DNA of 64,000 bases from Selaginella moellendorffii (GCF_000143415.4 NW_003314266.1:828463-892462), one strand, 5' to 3'; counted from the stretch's first letter, positions 46,849 through 58,713 are shown. Notes: generated from the sequence alone by a model not told the origin. Translations and numbers: made by a program.

Positions 46849-49800
46849 TGGAGGGACCTTGCGCGAATAAGTTAGTGACCCCTCCATCTTTCTTTCGGGA
46901 GTATCATCAAGGGGTTCACTTGGCACCGGTTCATCCAGTGTTTACTTTCCAAGCTCGTTTTTATAACAAAAGGTCTCCTATTCTTCTCTCCGTGTTGGTT
47001 GATACAGGTTCGAGTTTATCTTCTATTGCTCGACCTGTTGCCACACGTTGTCGTCTACACTTGCGTCGTGCGGTGGATCCAGTTTTCATTCTTTATGGCA
47101 ACGGCCGTACACATGCATGTGCACGAGATGAGGCGGACTTGGTTGTGCGTGTGGGCGATCTTGAGCTTGAGTTGCAGTCATTGCGGGTGGTGCCGAGTCA
47201 AGCTTTTGACCTCATTCTTGGTATGGATTGGTTGCAGCACAATCATGCCAAGTGTCACTTTGAGGTTTCTCCCCCTTGTCTCATACTTCCTTATGTTTCA
47301 TCCATTTCTCTCACTTCTGTACCTCTTTGTCCCTCTACTTTTACCTCTGCTTCCATTACTTTTGTTCCCCCACTATTTCCTCTTGTGTTTCCATCTTGTT
47401 CTGCTCTTCCCTTTTCTGATCCCTCCGATGATCTTTGTGTTGCAGCTATTGACCAGCTCATGAAGGAGTATTCTAATCTCTTTGAATTTGACCTATCGTC
47501 TGGAGCCAAGATTGCCACACGTCATCCCATTCCAACCGGGGATGCTCGTCCAATCAAGGTTCCTGTTCGTCATCGGTCACCCAAGGAGATCAAGATTTTA
47601 CGTGCAAACGTCAAGGAGATGTTGGAGAAGGGTGTTATTCGGAAGTCGCGGAGTCCTTGGGCATGTGAACCTCATCTTGTGACAAAGCCTGATGGGAGTA
47701 TTCGTTTCTGCATCGACTATCGTCCGTTAAATGAAGTGACGATCCCGGACGTGTACCCTCTTCCTCACACTGCTGATCTTTTAGATCGTCTGGGGCGAAG
47801 TCGTTGGTTCACCAAGCTAGATTTTGCTTCTGGGTATTGGCAAGTACCGATGGCCGAAGAAGATATTCCTAAGACTGCTTTTTGTACACCATTTAGTTTG
47901 TACAAGTTTTTGGTGATGCCGTTTGGTTTGAACAATGCTCCAGCAACTTTTCAGCGGATGATGGACGAGGTTCTTTGCGATATGCCGGAGGTGACGGCTG
48001 ACTTCATTGATGATGTCTTGATCCACTCGGAGGGGACGTGGGAGGAGCATGTTCGTGATGTTTGTAAAGTGTTGGATCGGCTACGCGATGTTGGTTTAAA
48101 GCTGAAGCGGTCGAAGTGCGTGTTTGGGTCCAAGGACACAACTTATCTTGGGTACCGTATTTCTCGTGAGGGTTTGCAAGTTGATCCTGATAAACTTGTG
48201 TCTGTTCTAAAGTTCTCTACTCCGAAGTGTGTGAATGATGTGCAACGCTTTTTGGGTAAGGTGCAGTATTTTGGTCGTTTTGTGGATCATCTTTCCGATC
48301 GCACTACACCATTGCGAGCGTTGCTGAAGTCATCAACGTCATCTTTCATCTGGTCTCCCGATTGTGAGCGGGCGTTCGTGAATCTCAAAGAGCTATTGAC
48401 GACTCCTCCGGTTTTGGCATATCCTGACTACACTCGACCTTTTATTTTGCGCATGGATGCTTTTGACATTGGTCTTGGAGGTGTGTTGATGCAAGAGAGC
48501 TCGAGTGTGCCTGGTCAGCGCCATCCCATTGCATACATAAGCCGTACATTACAACCAGCGGAGATGAACTACTCCACGACGGAGAAGGAGTGTTTAGCAG
48601 CAGTCTGGGGTTTCGAGAAACTTCATGCATATCTATATGGTTCTCGGACGTTACTTGAAGGTGACCATGCTGTTGTTACTTCATTATTGAAGCGGAAGAA
48701 CCTAGTTGGTCGTACAGCTCGATGGGCTTTGAAGCTTCAGATATATGATTTCGATGTTGTTCATCGCCCAGGGAGTTCTATGGCTGATGCTGATGCCCTT
48801 TCTCGAACTCCTCTTCCTTCTCCACTCACTTCTCATGTTTCTGACGAACCTGTTGTTCCAGCATCTGTGGATTTTCTAGATGAGGATTTTGTGCCGTCGG
48901 CGGTTGTTGTCCTTGACGTTCAGTGTCCACAGGGCGTAGAGCAAGATCTACCTTCTCTTGATGAGGTTCGCAAGGCTCAAAAGATTGAGCCGTGGATTCG
49001 AAGGCTTCGAGATGGGTTTGAGAATCCTGCATCACTTGCTGATGACTTGCCTTTCCGGCATTTACATTCTCAATATCGCCTTGAAGATGGCCTTCTTTAT
49101 TTTGTGGGGACGGATCCTGATGATCATTTACAGCTGGTGGTGCCTTCGGTGTTTATTCCGCGGTTTCTCCATGCCTACCATGATTCTCCTATTCTAGGTG
49201 GGCATATGGGACACTGTCGTGTCACCGAGAAGCTGCGCAGATCTTTCTATTGGCCAGAGATGCGACGTGATATTATCCGGTATGTGCGTAGTTGCGTTTG
49301 GTGCCAAGCTCGTAATACTCCCCCTTGTGCTGCGGAAGGATGGTTGGAGTCAATTGTAGTTTCTCATCCGTTTGAGTTGGTGGCGTTTGATCTTATGGGA
49401 CCTTTTCCGCGATCGATTGCTGGCAATGAGTATGTTATTATTGCTTCTGACTACTTGACTCGTTGGGTGGAAGTTGGTGCTCTTGCTAGTGCCTCTGCAA
49501 CTGCTGTTGGATGCTTCCTCCTCAATCGAGTGGTGTTCCAGCATTCTTGTCCAGAGTGGATTCTTTCGGATAATGGTCTTGCATTTATGGCTGAGGTATT
49601 TCATGTTTTGACGTCTCGGTTGGGGATACGCCACACTTTTACGAGTGCTTATCATGCACAATCAGACGGTCTGGTGGAACGGCTCGTTTGGACATTCAAA
49701 GGGATGATTGCGAAGTATGTGAACTTTCAACATTCGGATTGGGATGGTTATTTGCTGTCTTTTCGGTATGCCTATGTCACAGGGGTGCAGAGTTATGTTG

Positions 49801-50234
49801 GTGCTTCACCATATAAACTTCTATATGGTCATGATCCAATATTACTAACAGAGCTAGGTTTACCTTCGCGATTGCCACGAGCTCCTGATGCTAGGTCATG
49901 GGATCAATATTTGACAAGCATTCTTCCACTTGTCCGAGCAGAGTCTACTGAACACTTAGGCCGCGTACAAGTGGGACAACAACAGCGTTACAATTCCCAT
50001 CATCGTCCACCTGCGGAGTACAAAGTGGATGATTTTGTGTTAGTCCGTTTTCCCCATCTTACGGTACGTGGTTTATCTAAGGGGCTCCTTGTGCAGTGGA
50101 AAGGACCATATCGGGTGTTGCGGCAAGTTGGACCACAAGTTTATGAGGTTCGGCATGACGTTCAGCAGGCCGATCCTCCGGAGATTGTGCATGTGCAGCG
50201 GTTAAAACGCTTCATACAAAGGGATCAGGAGTAG
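46824..50234 (+). CDS. pol: pol (protease, RT, RNase H, integrase) in -1 frame
   Basis: VDTGSS; RFCIDYRPLN, FIDD; EKECLA; HHCC, D-D-E core (FDLMGP, SDNG, GLVER), GPY; open throughout. Confidence 0.93.
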   Translation, partial: GKRGVARVMEGPCANKLVTPPSFFREYHQGVHLAPVHPVFTFQARFYNKRSPILLSVLVDTGSSLSSIARPVATRCRLHLRRAVDPVFILYGNGRTHACARDEADLVVRVGDLELELQSLRVVPSQAFDLILGMDWLQHNHAKCHFEVSPPCLILPYVSSISLTSVPLCPSTFTSASITFVPPLFPLVFPSCSALPFSDPSDDLCVAAIDQLMKEYSNLFEFDLSSGAKIATRHPIPTGDARPIKVPVRHRSPKEIKILRANVKEMLEKGVIRKSRSPWACEPHLVTKPDGSIRFCIDYRPLNEVTIPDVYPLPHTADLLDRLGRSRWFTKLDFASGYWQVPMAEEDIPKTAFCTPFSLYKFLVMPFGLNNAPATFQRMMDEVLCDMPEVTADFIDDVLIHSEGTWEEHVRDVCKVLDRLRDVGLKLKRSKCVFGSKDTTYLGYRISREGLQVDPDKLVSVLKFSTPKCVNDVQRFLGKVQYFGRFVDHLSDRTTPLRALLKSSTSSFIWSPDCERAFVNLKELLTTPPVLAYPDYTRPFILRMDAFDIGLGGVLMQESSSVPGQRHPIAYISRTLQPAEMNYSTTEKECLAAVWGFEKLHAYLYGSRTLLEGDHAVVTSLLKRKNLVGRTARWALKLQIYDFDVVHRPGSSMADADALSRTPLPSPLTSHVSDEPVVPASVDFLDEDFVPSAVVVLDVQCPQGVEQDLPSLDEVRKAQKIEPWIRRLRDGFENPASLADDLPFRHLHSQYRLEDGLLYFVGTDPDDHLQLVVPSVFIPRFLHAYHDSPILGGHMGHCRVTEKLRRSFYWPEMRRDIIRYVRSCVWCQARNTPPCAAEGWLESIVVSHPFELVAFDLMGPFPRSIAGNEYVIIASDYLTRWVEVGALASASATAVGCFLLNRVVFQHSCPEWILSDNGLAFMAEVFHVLTSRLGIRHTFTSAYHAQSDGLVERLVWTFKGMIAKYVNFQHSDWDGYLLSFRYAYVTGVQSYVGASPYKLLYGHDPILLTELGLPSRLPRAPDARSWDQYLTSILPLVRAESTEHLGRVQVGQQQRYNSHHRPPAEYKVDDFVLVRFPHLTVRGLSKGLLVQWKGPYRVLRQVGPQVYEVRHDVQQADPPEIVHVQRLKRFIQRDQE

Positions 50235-50344
50235 TTAATACCGTCTACAGATCCACCGATGACTCCTCCTGACGTTCCTCCAGATCCCGGCCCATCTACA
50301 AGAGAACCCTGACGGCCTTCCATTATTCCGAGAGGAGGGGATGA

Positions 50345-50518
50345 TGTGAGGGCCAAGTGTACGGCTACGATGCCGTATACTAATATTAGCGTAGTGGATT
50401 TTGGTAGCCGTCGGATTGGTTTCAATCCGGACCACTCGCTCCTGTATATAAGCTAGGGTTTTTGGGCTAATTAATATGCACATTTCTGTATTCCCTTTCC
50501 ATATTCCATGCACTCACA
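50345..50518 (+). repeat. 3' LTR
   Basis: Matches 45509-45682. Confidence 0.97.
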
Positions 50519-51673
50519 AACTAAATTAATTTTTATATATATAAACAAATTCTTCAAAGAGTTCATAATTTTATTGCCTAGTTTAATAAGGGTAGGCATT
50601 CATTAAAATATCCCAAAAAGTTTAAAATGAATAAAGTTTTATAAGATTTTAATCATAGAGAAATTTAATTTCACCAAACTTAGTAAAATAGTAGTTTTTA
50701 TTATGATTAGATTAAAGTAATATTGGTTTTAGGTCATATTGTGAAAGTATGTTATTCATAACCTACTCAAATATAGTGATTATTAATATGAAAAATTAAT
50801 TAATTACCTTTTTAATATATAATTAATATTTAATTTTATTAACATCTAAATATATAATGTTTATAGTTAAATACATTTATTAAAACTTTTTGAATGGCTA
50901 TACATGCAAAAAATCCTTAGTTTAAACTTGGAGTTAATAGTTGAGGAGTTTTTGCTTTTATTAACCATCTTTGTGACTTCTTTTTTTAATTATGAATTAA
51001 TTATTTTTAAAAATATATAGAAAATATATACAAATATTATTCTTGAATTATATGAAGGGTTTTAATATTTATGAATTAAATAATTATCTAGTGAGAGGTA
51101 TTATTTCTAAATTTGAATTGAGCAACTTTCTAGAATTATCATATTATTTTATTTTGGTTTGCAAAACTTTTGACTAAAACATTCTTTACAATGTTTTAAT
51201 TGCTAATAAAGAATCTTCATTTTTTTGTTCCCACATGTATAATAGTTATATATAATTTTAAAATATTTTACTAATAAGTATGTTTTTAGTGTTTTTATAA
51301 ACACATGCTTATGATCTTCTATATTTTGTTTTATCAAAAAAAAAAAAAAACTCATTACCTTCAGGAATCTTATAGCACAGATGGAGTTATTGAGTATATA
51401 CATAAAAATATATATAAAACAAAATTTACATTAAATATTTTTACATAACGTTTTGGACTTTGGGCATGAAAAAGAAATTATAATCTTATATTTGTATGTA
51501 TTGCTAAACATCTCTAATAATTATTATCTATTTATCTCCAATTGTTAATATAGAAATTTGCCATGTCATCATGTTATTCAGTATAGAAATGAAACTACAA
51601 TGTCAGAGGAAATTTTTGGAAGTAGAATATTTTTAAGATGTAAGATCTAAGTAGTTCCAACTTCCAAGATACA

Positions 51674-53368
51674 CTAGGTATCAGGCTGTTCAGGCTTCAC
51701 TGTAAACGTAAGAAGTGTAAGTTCGTGGAGTCGACCTTGCACAAGAAATCCAGCCATGGCAATATAGGCCTCAGGGTTCTCAGGCTCTCGCATCATCACC
51801 TCCTCCGCTGCCACCATCCCCTGCTCCATGTCGCCGTGGATACGGCACGCGTTCATCACCGAGGTCCAGACCACCTCGTTTGCAACACAGGGCATGGCAT
51901 ACAAGAGCTCGATTGCATCACTGATCCGCCCGGTCCTTGCCAGGAGATCGATCACGCATCCAAAGTGCTCCCTCGCTGGCTTGATCTCGAACTCCTGGAT
52001 CATCGACACGAATTGTTTGATGCCGTGATCAATGAGGCCGCCGTGGCTGCACGCTGCGAGCACGCCCAAGAACGTAATCGCATCGGGAGAGATCTCCTTC
52101 TCGTCGGTCATCTCACGGAAAAGATCTAGCGCATCGCAAGAATGCCCATTCTGGGCAAATGCTGCGATCATGGAGCTCCACGCCACTGGATCTCTTGTCA
52201 CAACTGAATCAAACAACCGCTTTGCGAGATCTATCATCCCGGATCTCGCGTAGAGATTGATCATCGCAGTGCCGATGACAGCATCGCCCTTGAGCATCGA
52301 GGGATTGATCAACGAGTGGATGTGTTGCCCAGTCTCGATCGCGCCCACGCTCGCGCACGCATCCAGGACCGTCGCGTAGGTCTTGGCATTGGGCGCGAGA
52401 TCCATCGCCGAGAAGGTCTCGATCGCGGCAACGCCATGCCCGTTTTGGGCATACGCCGCGATCATCGCGTTCCAGGCCACCAGATCCCGCAAGAACAGCC
52501 GATGATCGAAGATCTCTTTCGCGCGATCGATCTTCCCGCAGCGGCCATAGAGCGTGAGGAGCGCGGTTGCAAGGATCTGGCAGTGGAGCAGCCCCTCTTG
52601 CGCGATCCGGCAGTGGAGCCACTCCCCCTGGCGGAGATCCCTCGCCAGGGCGCTGGCATCTACCGCGGTGACGAACGCGATCTCGTCCGGTGGAGAATCC
52701 ATCGCCCGGAAGATCTCCAGCGCCTCCCTGGGTCGCGAATTCTGGGTGTATGCCGCGATGAGAGACGTCCAGCAGCAAGCGTCCCTCTCGCCCTGGTAAT
52801 CGTCGAAAGCCCTCTTCGCCTCCTCCAAGCGCCCAAATCCGCCATAGCTCCTCACCAGCGCAGTGGCGAGGACGCGATCGCTGGAGCACTCGATTCGCGT
52901 GCGATCGTGGAGCGAGCGCAGGGATTCCAGGCTGGGGATCCCGCGGAGGAGGAGCGTGAGGATGGGGCGATGGATCGGCCCAGCACCCAGCTCCCACATC
53001 CGATCGAAGAGCTCCAGTGCCTCGTCCAAGTGCCCGGCCTGGGCATACGCCGCGATGACGATGTTCCAGGAGTGGGAGTTCTTCCAGGGGATGGAATCGA
53101 AGGCGCGGCGCGCGTCGGCGAGGCTGGAGCAGCGCGCGTAGGTCTGGACGAGGAGATTGGCGAGGAAGATGTCGTCCTTGAATCCACTGCGCGTGATATG
53201 TGCGTGGACTCGCTTGGCGGAGTCGAGGGATTTCTCCCGCCCGCATTGGTGGAGGAGCGGCGGATAGGAGGCGCGATCCGCGAAGAGGCTGCGCTCCAGC
53301 GCCTCCAGCGCCGCTGGAAGGCTTGTTTGTAACAGTCGCCGCGCGGCATTTGTAGAGAGCGCGGGCAT
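51674..53368 (-). CDS. PLS-class PPR-E protein, intronless
   Basis: 564-aa ORF; P-L-S triplets, TFLGVLAACSHGG, EHFGCVIDLLARTG, VWTSVMNACRIHG; no DYW. Confidence 0.9.
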   Translation of the reverse strand: MPALSTNAARRLLQTSLPAALEALERSLFADRASYPPLLHQCGREKSLDSAKRVHAHITRSGFKDDIFLANLLVQTYARCSSLADARRAFDSIPWKNSHSWNIVIAAYAQAGHLDEALELFDRMWELGAGPIHRPILTLLLRGIPSLESLRSLHDRTRIECSSDRVLATALVRSYGGFGRLEEAKRAFDDYQGERDACCWTSLIAAYTQNSRPREALEIFRAMDSPPDEIAFVTAVDASALARDLRQGEWLHCRIAQEGLLHCQILATALLTLYGRCGKIDRAKEIFDHRLFLRDLVAWNAMIAAYAQNGHGVAAIETFSAMDLAPNAKTYATVLDACASVGAIETGQHIHSLINPSMLKGDAVIGTAMINLYARSGMIDLAKRLFDSVVTRDPVAWSSMIAAFAQNGHSCDALDLFREMTDEKEISPDAITFLGVLAACSHGGLIDHGIKQFVSMIQEFEIKPAREHFGCVIDLLARTGRISDAIELLYAMPCVANEVVWTSVMNACRIHGDMEQGMVAAEEVMMREPENPEAYIAMAGFLVQGRLHELTLLTFTVKPEQPDT

Positions 53369-53579
53369 TTACATTGCAAATGGGAGGGGATAACGGGCAA
53401 TGCCGCGGGTACCGCACTGCACAGTTCGAATAGTACCGCACGGTACGCTATTAAGTAGCTTGCAACCGATTGTACTCCTTTTTCAGCTTCAGCTTGAACA
53501 GTACCGCACGGCTCGTTACTATAGTGCCGCGCGGTATAGAGCCTGAGCTCAGCAGTACCGCGCGGCACTCTTTTTTTTT

Positions 53580-54175
53580 TCATGCTATGACTTTGTAAGG
53601 ATTAAAAATTCCGTTTGGATCGAGCATAGCTTTCATCTTTCTCATGAGTTCTATACCTGCGAGAAGAAGAGCAAAAGTTTCCAGAGCTTTCTGGAAGAAG
53701 TCGAATTTACCGTCTGGGGACTCCTGCTGTAGTGAATTGCGTGGGCTTTCATGAAGCCCAGCCCGTGCTCGGCGCTTACACTTCCTTTGTGCGCGGCAGT
53801 CCACTCGTACACGAACGGTTCTATCTTTGCGAGAAGCTGTTCGTCAAGTCCAGAGGTTTTAGAGACGAAAACACTTGGAGCGGAGACGATTTCCATCGCC
53901 GAGGCTATGATCCTTCTGTTCAAAAGAACTTAAGTCTACATTTCACTATTTGTTACCGAGCCGTTCACGAAGAAGTTTTTCGTGCGAGCAAAACAAGAGA
54001 GTTGTTCTATAAACAGTACCAATCTGCCCGAGTAGCTCGATCTTCACACCGGTATGTTAAATGCCCTTCTACAAGACAAAGTAAAACAATTAGCGGAAAG
54101 AAATAGAAATCGATACATAGCTTCTGGTATCACTCCCGGCGAATCACGCAAGGCGATTTGAAAGCGAGAAAGAGA
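53580..54175 (-). pseudogene. Fused remnant: VPS26 5' pieces joined to D-2-hydroxyglutarate dehydrogenase 3' end
   Basis: [26 protein letters not shown]...LDPNGIFNPYKVIA*; upstream HTGVKIELLGQI fragment; junction near 53970. Confidence 0.85.
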
Positions 54176-54263
54176 TAATATAAACAAAGATCATTACGTG
54201 GCACAATGTGGAAGTGACACCTGTCACATTATTCTCTTATCTACTTAGAACCGTATACCCGTA

Positions 54264-54817
54264 TTAAAAGGTTGTGGAAGCAAAGCCTGGCCTCCCCAAA
54301 TCAAACTCTTGGCAGCATTTGATGTTTCCGTTGTCGTTGTAGAGGCAATCTTTGAGGTCGATGGTGCTGGTCACAGTGCTTCCGTCCTCGGCCTTGCAAG
54401 TTGCACTGAAATCGCGTTCACCGAAAAAGAGATCTGCTGCCAAATGGAATTCGCTGCATTTTGAGTACTGCCCAACCTTGGGGTAAAAAGACTCGCCGTA
54501 GTTGTTGCAAGTGAGCGTCCCGTCGGGCTTCACCTGGAGGCACCATGCCAAGTCGATGCTCGTGGGAGCATAGAAGCGGCCTGAGCTCCTTTGGCACTCG
54601 AGCACCAGCCTTGTGGCGCCGAGTACTTTCGGGTCACGGCATGAGTTGTGGAATCCTCCACACTGCACAATGGTCAAACAAGCAACACACGCGCCACTTT
54701 TAAGTACTAAGAAGAACAATATCATCGACTCACAGTGGCCTGTGATGGAGTGCCCATGAGCAGCAGGACCATGAAGGAGGTGAGGAGGAGGAGAGGAAAC
54801 AGGGGCGATGATGCCAT
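54264..54817 (-). CDS. Secreted cyanovirin-N homologue (CVNH lectin), 160 aa, exons 54817-54734 and 54662-54264
   Basis: Signal peptide MASSPLFPLLLLTSFMVLLLMGTPSQAT; GFHNSCRD..L.LEC...SIDL..CL....GTL and FSATC....G....STIDLKDCLYNDNGNI two-repeat CVNH pattern. Confidence 0.82.
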
Positions 54818-54987
54818 GGCTTTGAGAAACGTGGATGCAAGCATGTTTTAAGCTCTGTGTTTTTATAGGGCTAGCTTTTGCTAGGCTCATTAATGATTGA
54901 AAACAACATCTGACTAGCTCTGTGGGACCTGCGAATATTTAATTAATATCAATTTCCAAAAGGCTGTAGATCCAATATATCTTGGTT

Positions 54988-56720
54988 GTCATTTTGTCCA
55001 GTGGGAGAGCCCAGATTATAGGCAAGAGAGCTTGCTTTGGGAATAGGAACATCTGAGATTAAAGCCAGCGCTTCCACTAGAGGTCTCCACTTCGAGGTTG
55101 GGAAATAGATGCATTTTAAATAGGGTCTTATTTTGGTATTTTTTTAATGTGGTCCACCAAATATTAAATATATGGTCCCAAACCCACCAACTATTGAGAG
55201 AGAGAAACGATAAAACAAGCGATAAGGTGATCATGTAAGCTTGACATCTACATCATGCTCAACTGCTTCTTTTAATTGCTTATTGTTAATTAATTATGGC
55301 ATAAAATAACTTCATTTCTTTTAAATATAGTTGATGAATAACACCTTGAATATGGAGATAATGTTTAACTACCTTATTGAAATATTATCATAATACTATA
55401 CAAATATGATTTACTTAAGTATTATATACTAAAAAAACTTATAATAAGTATAACAATTAACTTAAATTTATATTAAATATTACAGAATAGAATATACTAA
55501 ATATTCAGATATATTCTTATGTATTTGATAAAACTTAGAACTTTAAATTATATATTTCAAATTTCATATTTTTAGGAGCTCATCATAAAGAGAAAGAAAG
55601 ATGACAAAATTATTAATAAAATTATAAAGGAAGAGGAAGAGGAGATGGACACAAAATCCTAAAAACCATATAGCATATGCATGTATATAGTAAGGTTTGA
55701 GTTTGAATCATATTATAGATAATGATAATGAAATACACTCTAAGACATACAAAGAGATGGCAAATATATGATATCATTTCTAAAATATTGTAAACCCACT
55801 ATATATAATTGTCATTTTGTCCAGCAAGAGATCCTAGATTATAGGGTAATGGAGATTGCTTTGGGAATGGGAACATTTGTGATCAAAGCCACTGCTTCCA
55901 CTAAAGATTTCCATTTTCGAAAATGGGCAATTAATGCATTTTAAATTTGAGAGTTTATACTTTGGAGGATCTTATTTTGGCATAATTTTGATGTGGTCCA
56001 CAAAATATTAAATATATAGTCATTACCAACCAGCTATTGGTCCCAACAAATAAGCTGAGCATGATATAGCTGTCAACCTTTGACACAAAGATTGTTGTAA
56101 GAAAACTCATTTTTATAATAAGATGATAGTTTATCCTATTACCTGTTTTATCCTTTCTCTCTGATTGCTTCTTTATATTGAACATTGTTAATTAATAAGA
56201 TAATTTTGTTTATGTTTAGCGGATGAATAAAACCTTGAATATGATTATGGAGGTAATGTTAGAAGATAATTAACAAATTTATTAAATTATTATCATAATA
56301 CTATGTAAAAATATTTAAATTATATTTAAATTTAAGTATTATATGCCATGAAAGCTTTTAACAATTACAAAAATTAATTTAAATTTATTTTAACTATTAT
56401 ATAATAAATATACTAAAATTTTTAGGTATATTCTAGATATACATTTTTGCTTAAGCAAAAAAAAAACTTAACTCAAGGATTGTAGATTTTGACATCTTTC
56501 TGAGCAATAGAATTTTGAATGATAAATAACCCTTAACAGATCTTGATAAATCTTAAAAATTCTACATTATAAATTTCTAGTTTCAGTATTTCAAGAAATT
56601 GTCATCAAGAGAAAGGAAGACAATAAAACTATTGATAAAATAAATTAAAAAAAAAAAGATTTATGTTGAACAAAAAGTCCTGAAAACCATACTTTTATAC
56701 ACCATGCATAATAGGTAGGT
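54988..56720. repeat. Degenerate tandem duplication, unit ~820 bp (54988-55800; 55811-56720)
   Basis: gtcattttgtccag...gattatagg...ttgctttgggaat...gcttccacta...atgcattttaaat...accttgaatatg...aaaaccata found in the same order twice. Confidence 0.75.
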
Positions 56721-57610
56721 TTTGGGTTTGAATCCAATAAATAAACTTGAATCCTATTGTAAACAATGCAAATACATGATATCAGCTCGTCCCCTTTTAT
56801 GCCAAACTAAGTGGCAACTAAAGTGATGGGCTTGAGTGGATAAATACTAATAGAAATTTAACCAACTCAGAAAAATGGGAAATAGGCTTCCAAGTTAATT
56901 GAGTACCTGAGCCAATTGACCGGATAATAGAGCTTGTGATACCTGTACATAGAATCAAAGAATTGGTAGCAACTTTAAATTTAGTTTATTAGTGGTGAAA
57001 CACAAGTAAAATCAGAAGAGGTGATATAGTATACAAGGATTAAGTTAGTGAGAACAATTTGCAACATGGTGATAAATACAAAAAAGTGTTAGTGAACTTT
57101 CTTATGAAAAGAATTTAAAATAATTGCATAAATGGTAAGATTAAGTGTTAGAGGAAAAAAGTATGATTAAAGAGGATGAAAGTAATAGTTAGTGAAGAAT
57201 AAAGTGTGATGTGTCAAGAGTGGTGAGAATTGGTATAAGAAAACTCACAGTAGAAAGAAGAAGATCAATCCAATTATTATATTGATGACAAATAAAACAT
57301 TGAAAATACTACTAAAAAATTCTCACCATCTAGTATATATAGCTAATTATGTTGATGAAAAAGTCAATCCCAAAACTAAAGAAATTCCAAAAGAAATGTG
57401 AACTTCTTGAACAAATGAATCATTGGCTTGAGTTACTGCAATCAACAATTTGAGGGAGTGATCAAACCATTTTAATCTAATGCAAAGAAATACTAGTCAT
57501 TAAGGTAAAAATCTATCAACTATTTATAGGAGAGAATTATGTGAGATAATTGATTTAGAAGTAAAAAGAATTAAAGAGTGCATGATATTGAAGAGAGAAA
57601 GAGAGGGAGT

Positions 57611-57629
57611 TGTGAGGGCCACACTCACA
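57611..57629 (+). mobile_element. 19-bp micro-LTR remnant of the gypsy family, with 4-bp TSD GAGT
   Basis: tgtgagggcca+cactcaca are the exact first 11 and last 8 nt of the LTR; gagt at 57607-57610 and 57630-57633. Confidence 0.8.
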
Positions 57630-58713
57630 GAGTGAAATAATTATATCAAATAAAAAATCAGTTTACAGACTAGTTAAACTATTTTAACTGGTTCTTAACA
57701 CCACACCCTCTAGAACATCATCATAATGGTATATGCTCATACTGGGCACTTCAAAGAAGCATTAGAGCTCTTTGATTAAATCTGGGAGTTGGGCATTGTT
57801 GGCCTGTTCCATCATCTTATCCTCGCACTCCTCTGTGGGATTTGTTATTATTAAATGCAGCACTATACATTTTTTTTGCATGGATTTGCTTTGCAAAATT
57901 TAGGGATTCAGAAGAAAAATCTTTGAATCCAATGAAATGAGTGTGGATTATTGAAAATTCAATTATAAACATCAAATTTATAATATAAAAGTGAGAGTCT
58001 TGCCATTTTACTGCACATTAAATTTCAAGCGTTAATTTAGAATCCTTTTGCCACATAATTGCAATTTTTGCTACATCAGCAATACCCCAGTTGCTATGTA
58101 CTTTGCCACATCACTATCTATGTGGATAATAAATGCTTATCAGCAAGGAATTGAGATCATTAATTCTAATAGTTAGATGGCAAGCTTCCTAGATCAAATG
58201 CTTGCCAGCTTTGTGCTACCTCATGCTGCTCACTACTACTCATGCTACTCATTGTTGCTTGCTTGGCTCGCTGCTGCTTGTGCTGCTGCTTGTGCTGCTC
58301 CCTATTGCTTGCTTGGCTCCTGCTTGCTCAACTCGCACTGCTCGCTACTACTCACTAGTGGCTGGAGCTGGATTAATGTGAGTGGTAGAGGGCTTCTTGC
58401 TTGGTGCTTATGATGATAAGCTCTGATTCAAGCACGTCTTGGAGTTCAATGAGCTCAATGTGATACCAGAGGAGCCCTCAGCCCACAAGGAATCCAGATG
58501 ATATACACACTATTACTCTGTGATTTTACACGCTACTAAACCTCAAAGAAAGAAAGAAAAAAAAAGATTAGCAAAAAGATTTTAAAGAGATTGAAAAATA
58601 GAATGTTCGAAAAAATTGTTATATATAAATGCTCGCATCAAAACTTATCAATCAAGGAAACAACATAAGCAATGTGATCTGAAAAATTCTCGCGAGGGCT
58701 AGCGCTGTGGATT

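Larger units (their letters stand above)
45509..50518 (+). mobile_element. Full-length Ty3/gypsy LTR retrotransposon (5010 bp), no chromodomain
   Basis: 174-bp TG..CA LTRs with 3 transitions; 4-bp TSD AACT (45505-45508, 50519-50522); PBS tggtggaggtgagggg; PPT gagaggaggggatga; order gag-PR-RT-RH-INT. Confidence 0.97.
53240..55070. repeat. Internally deleted duplicate of block 58714-63527
   Basis: 53240-53972 ~ 58714-59465; 53970-54230 ~ 62385-62875 (with deletions); 54260-55070 ~ 62905-63527. Confidence 0.9.

Noticed and set aside
52209-53583. Long alternative-frame and antisense ORFs over the PPR gene
   Set aside because: Arg/Pro-rich shadow frames of a GC-rich CDS.
56800-58500. Possible LTR-retrotransposon relic
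   Set aside because: AT-rich with vague PBS/PPT-like words, but no LTR pair or coding motif that I can support.
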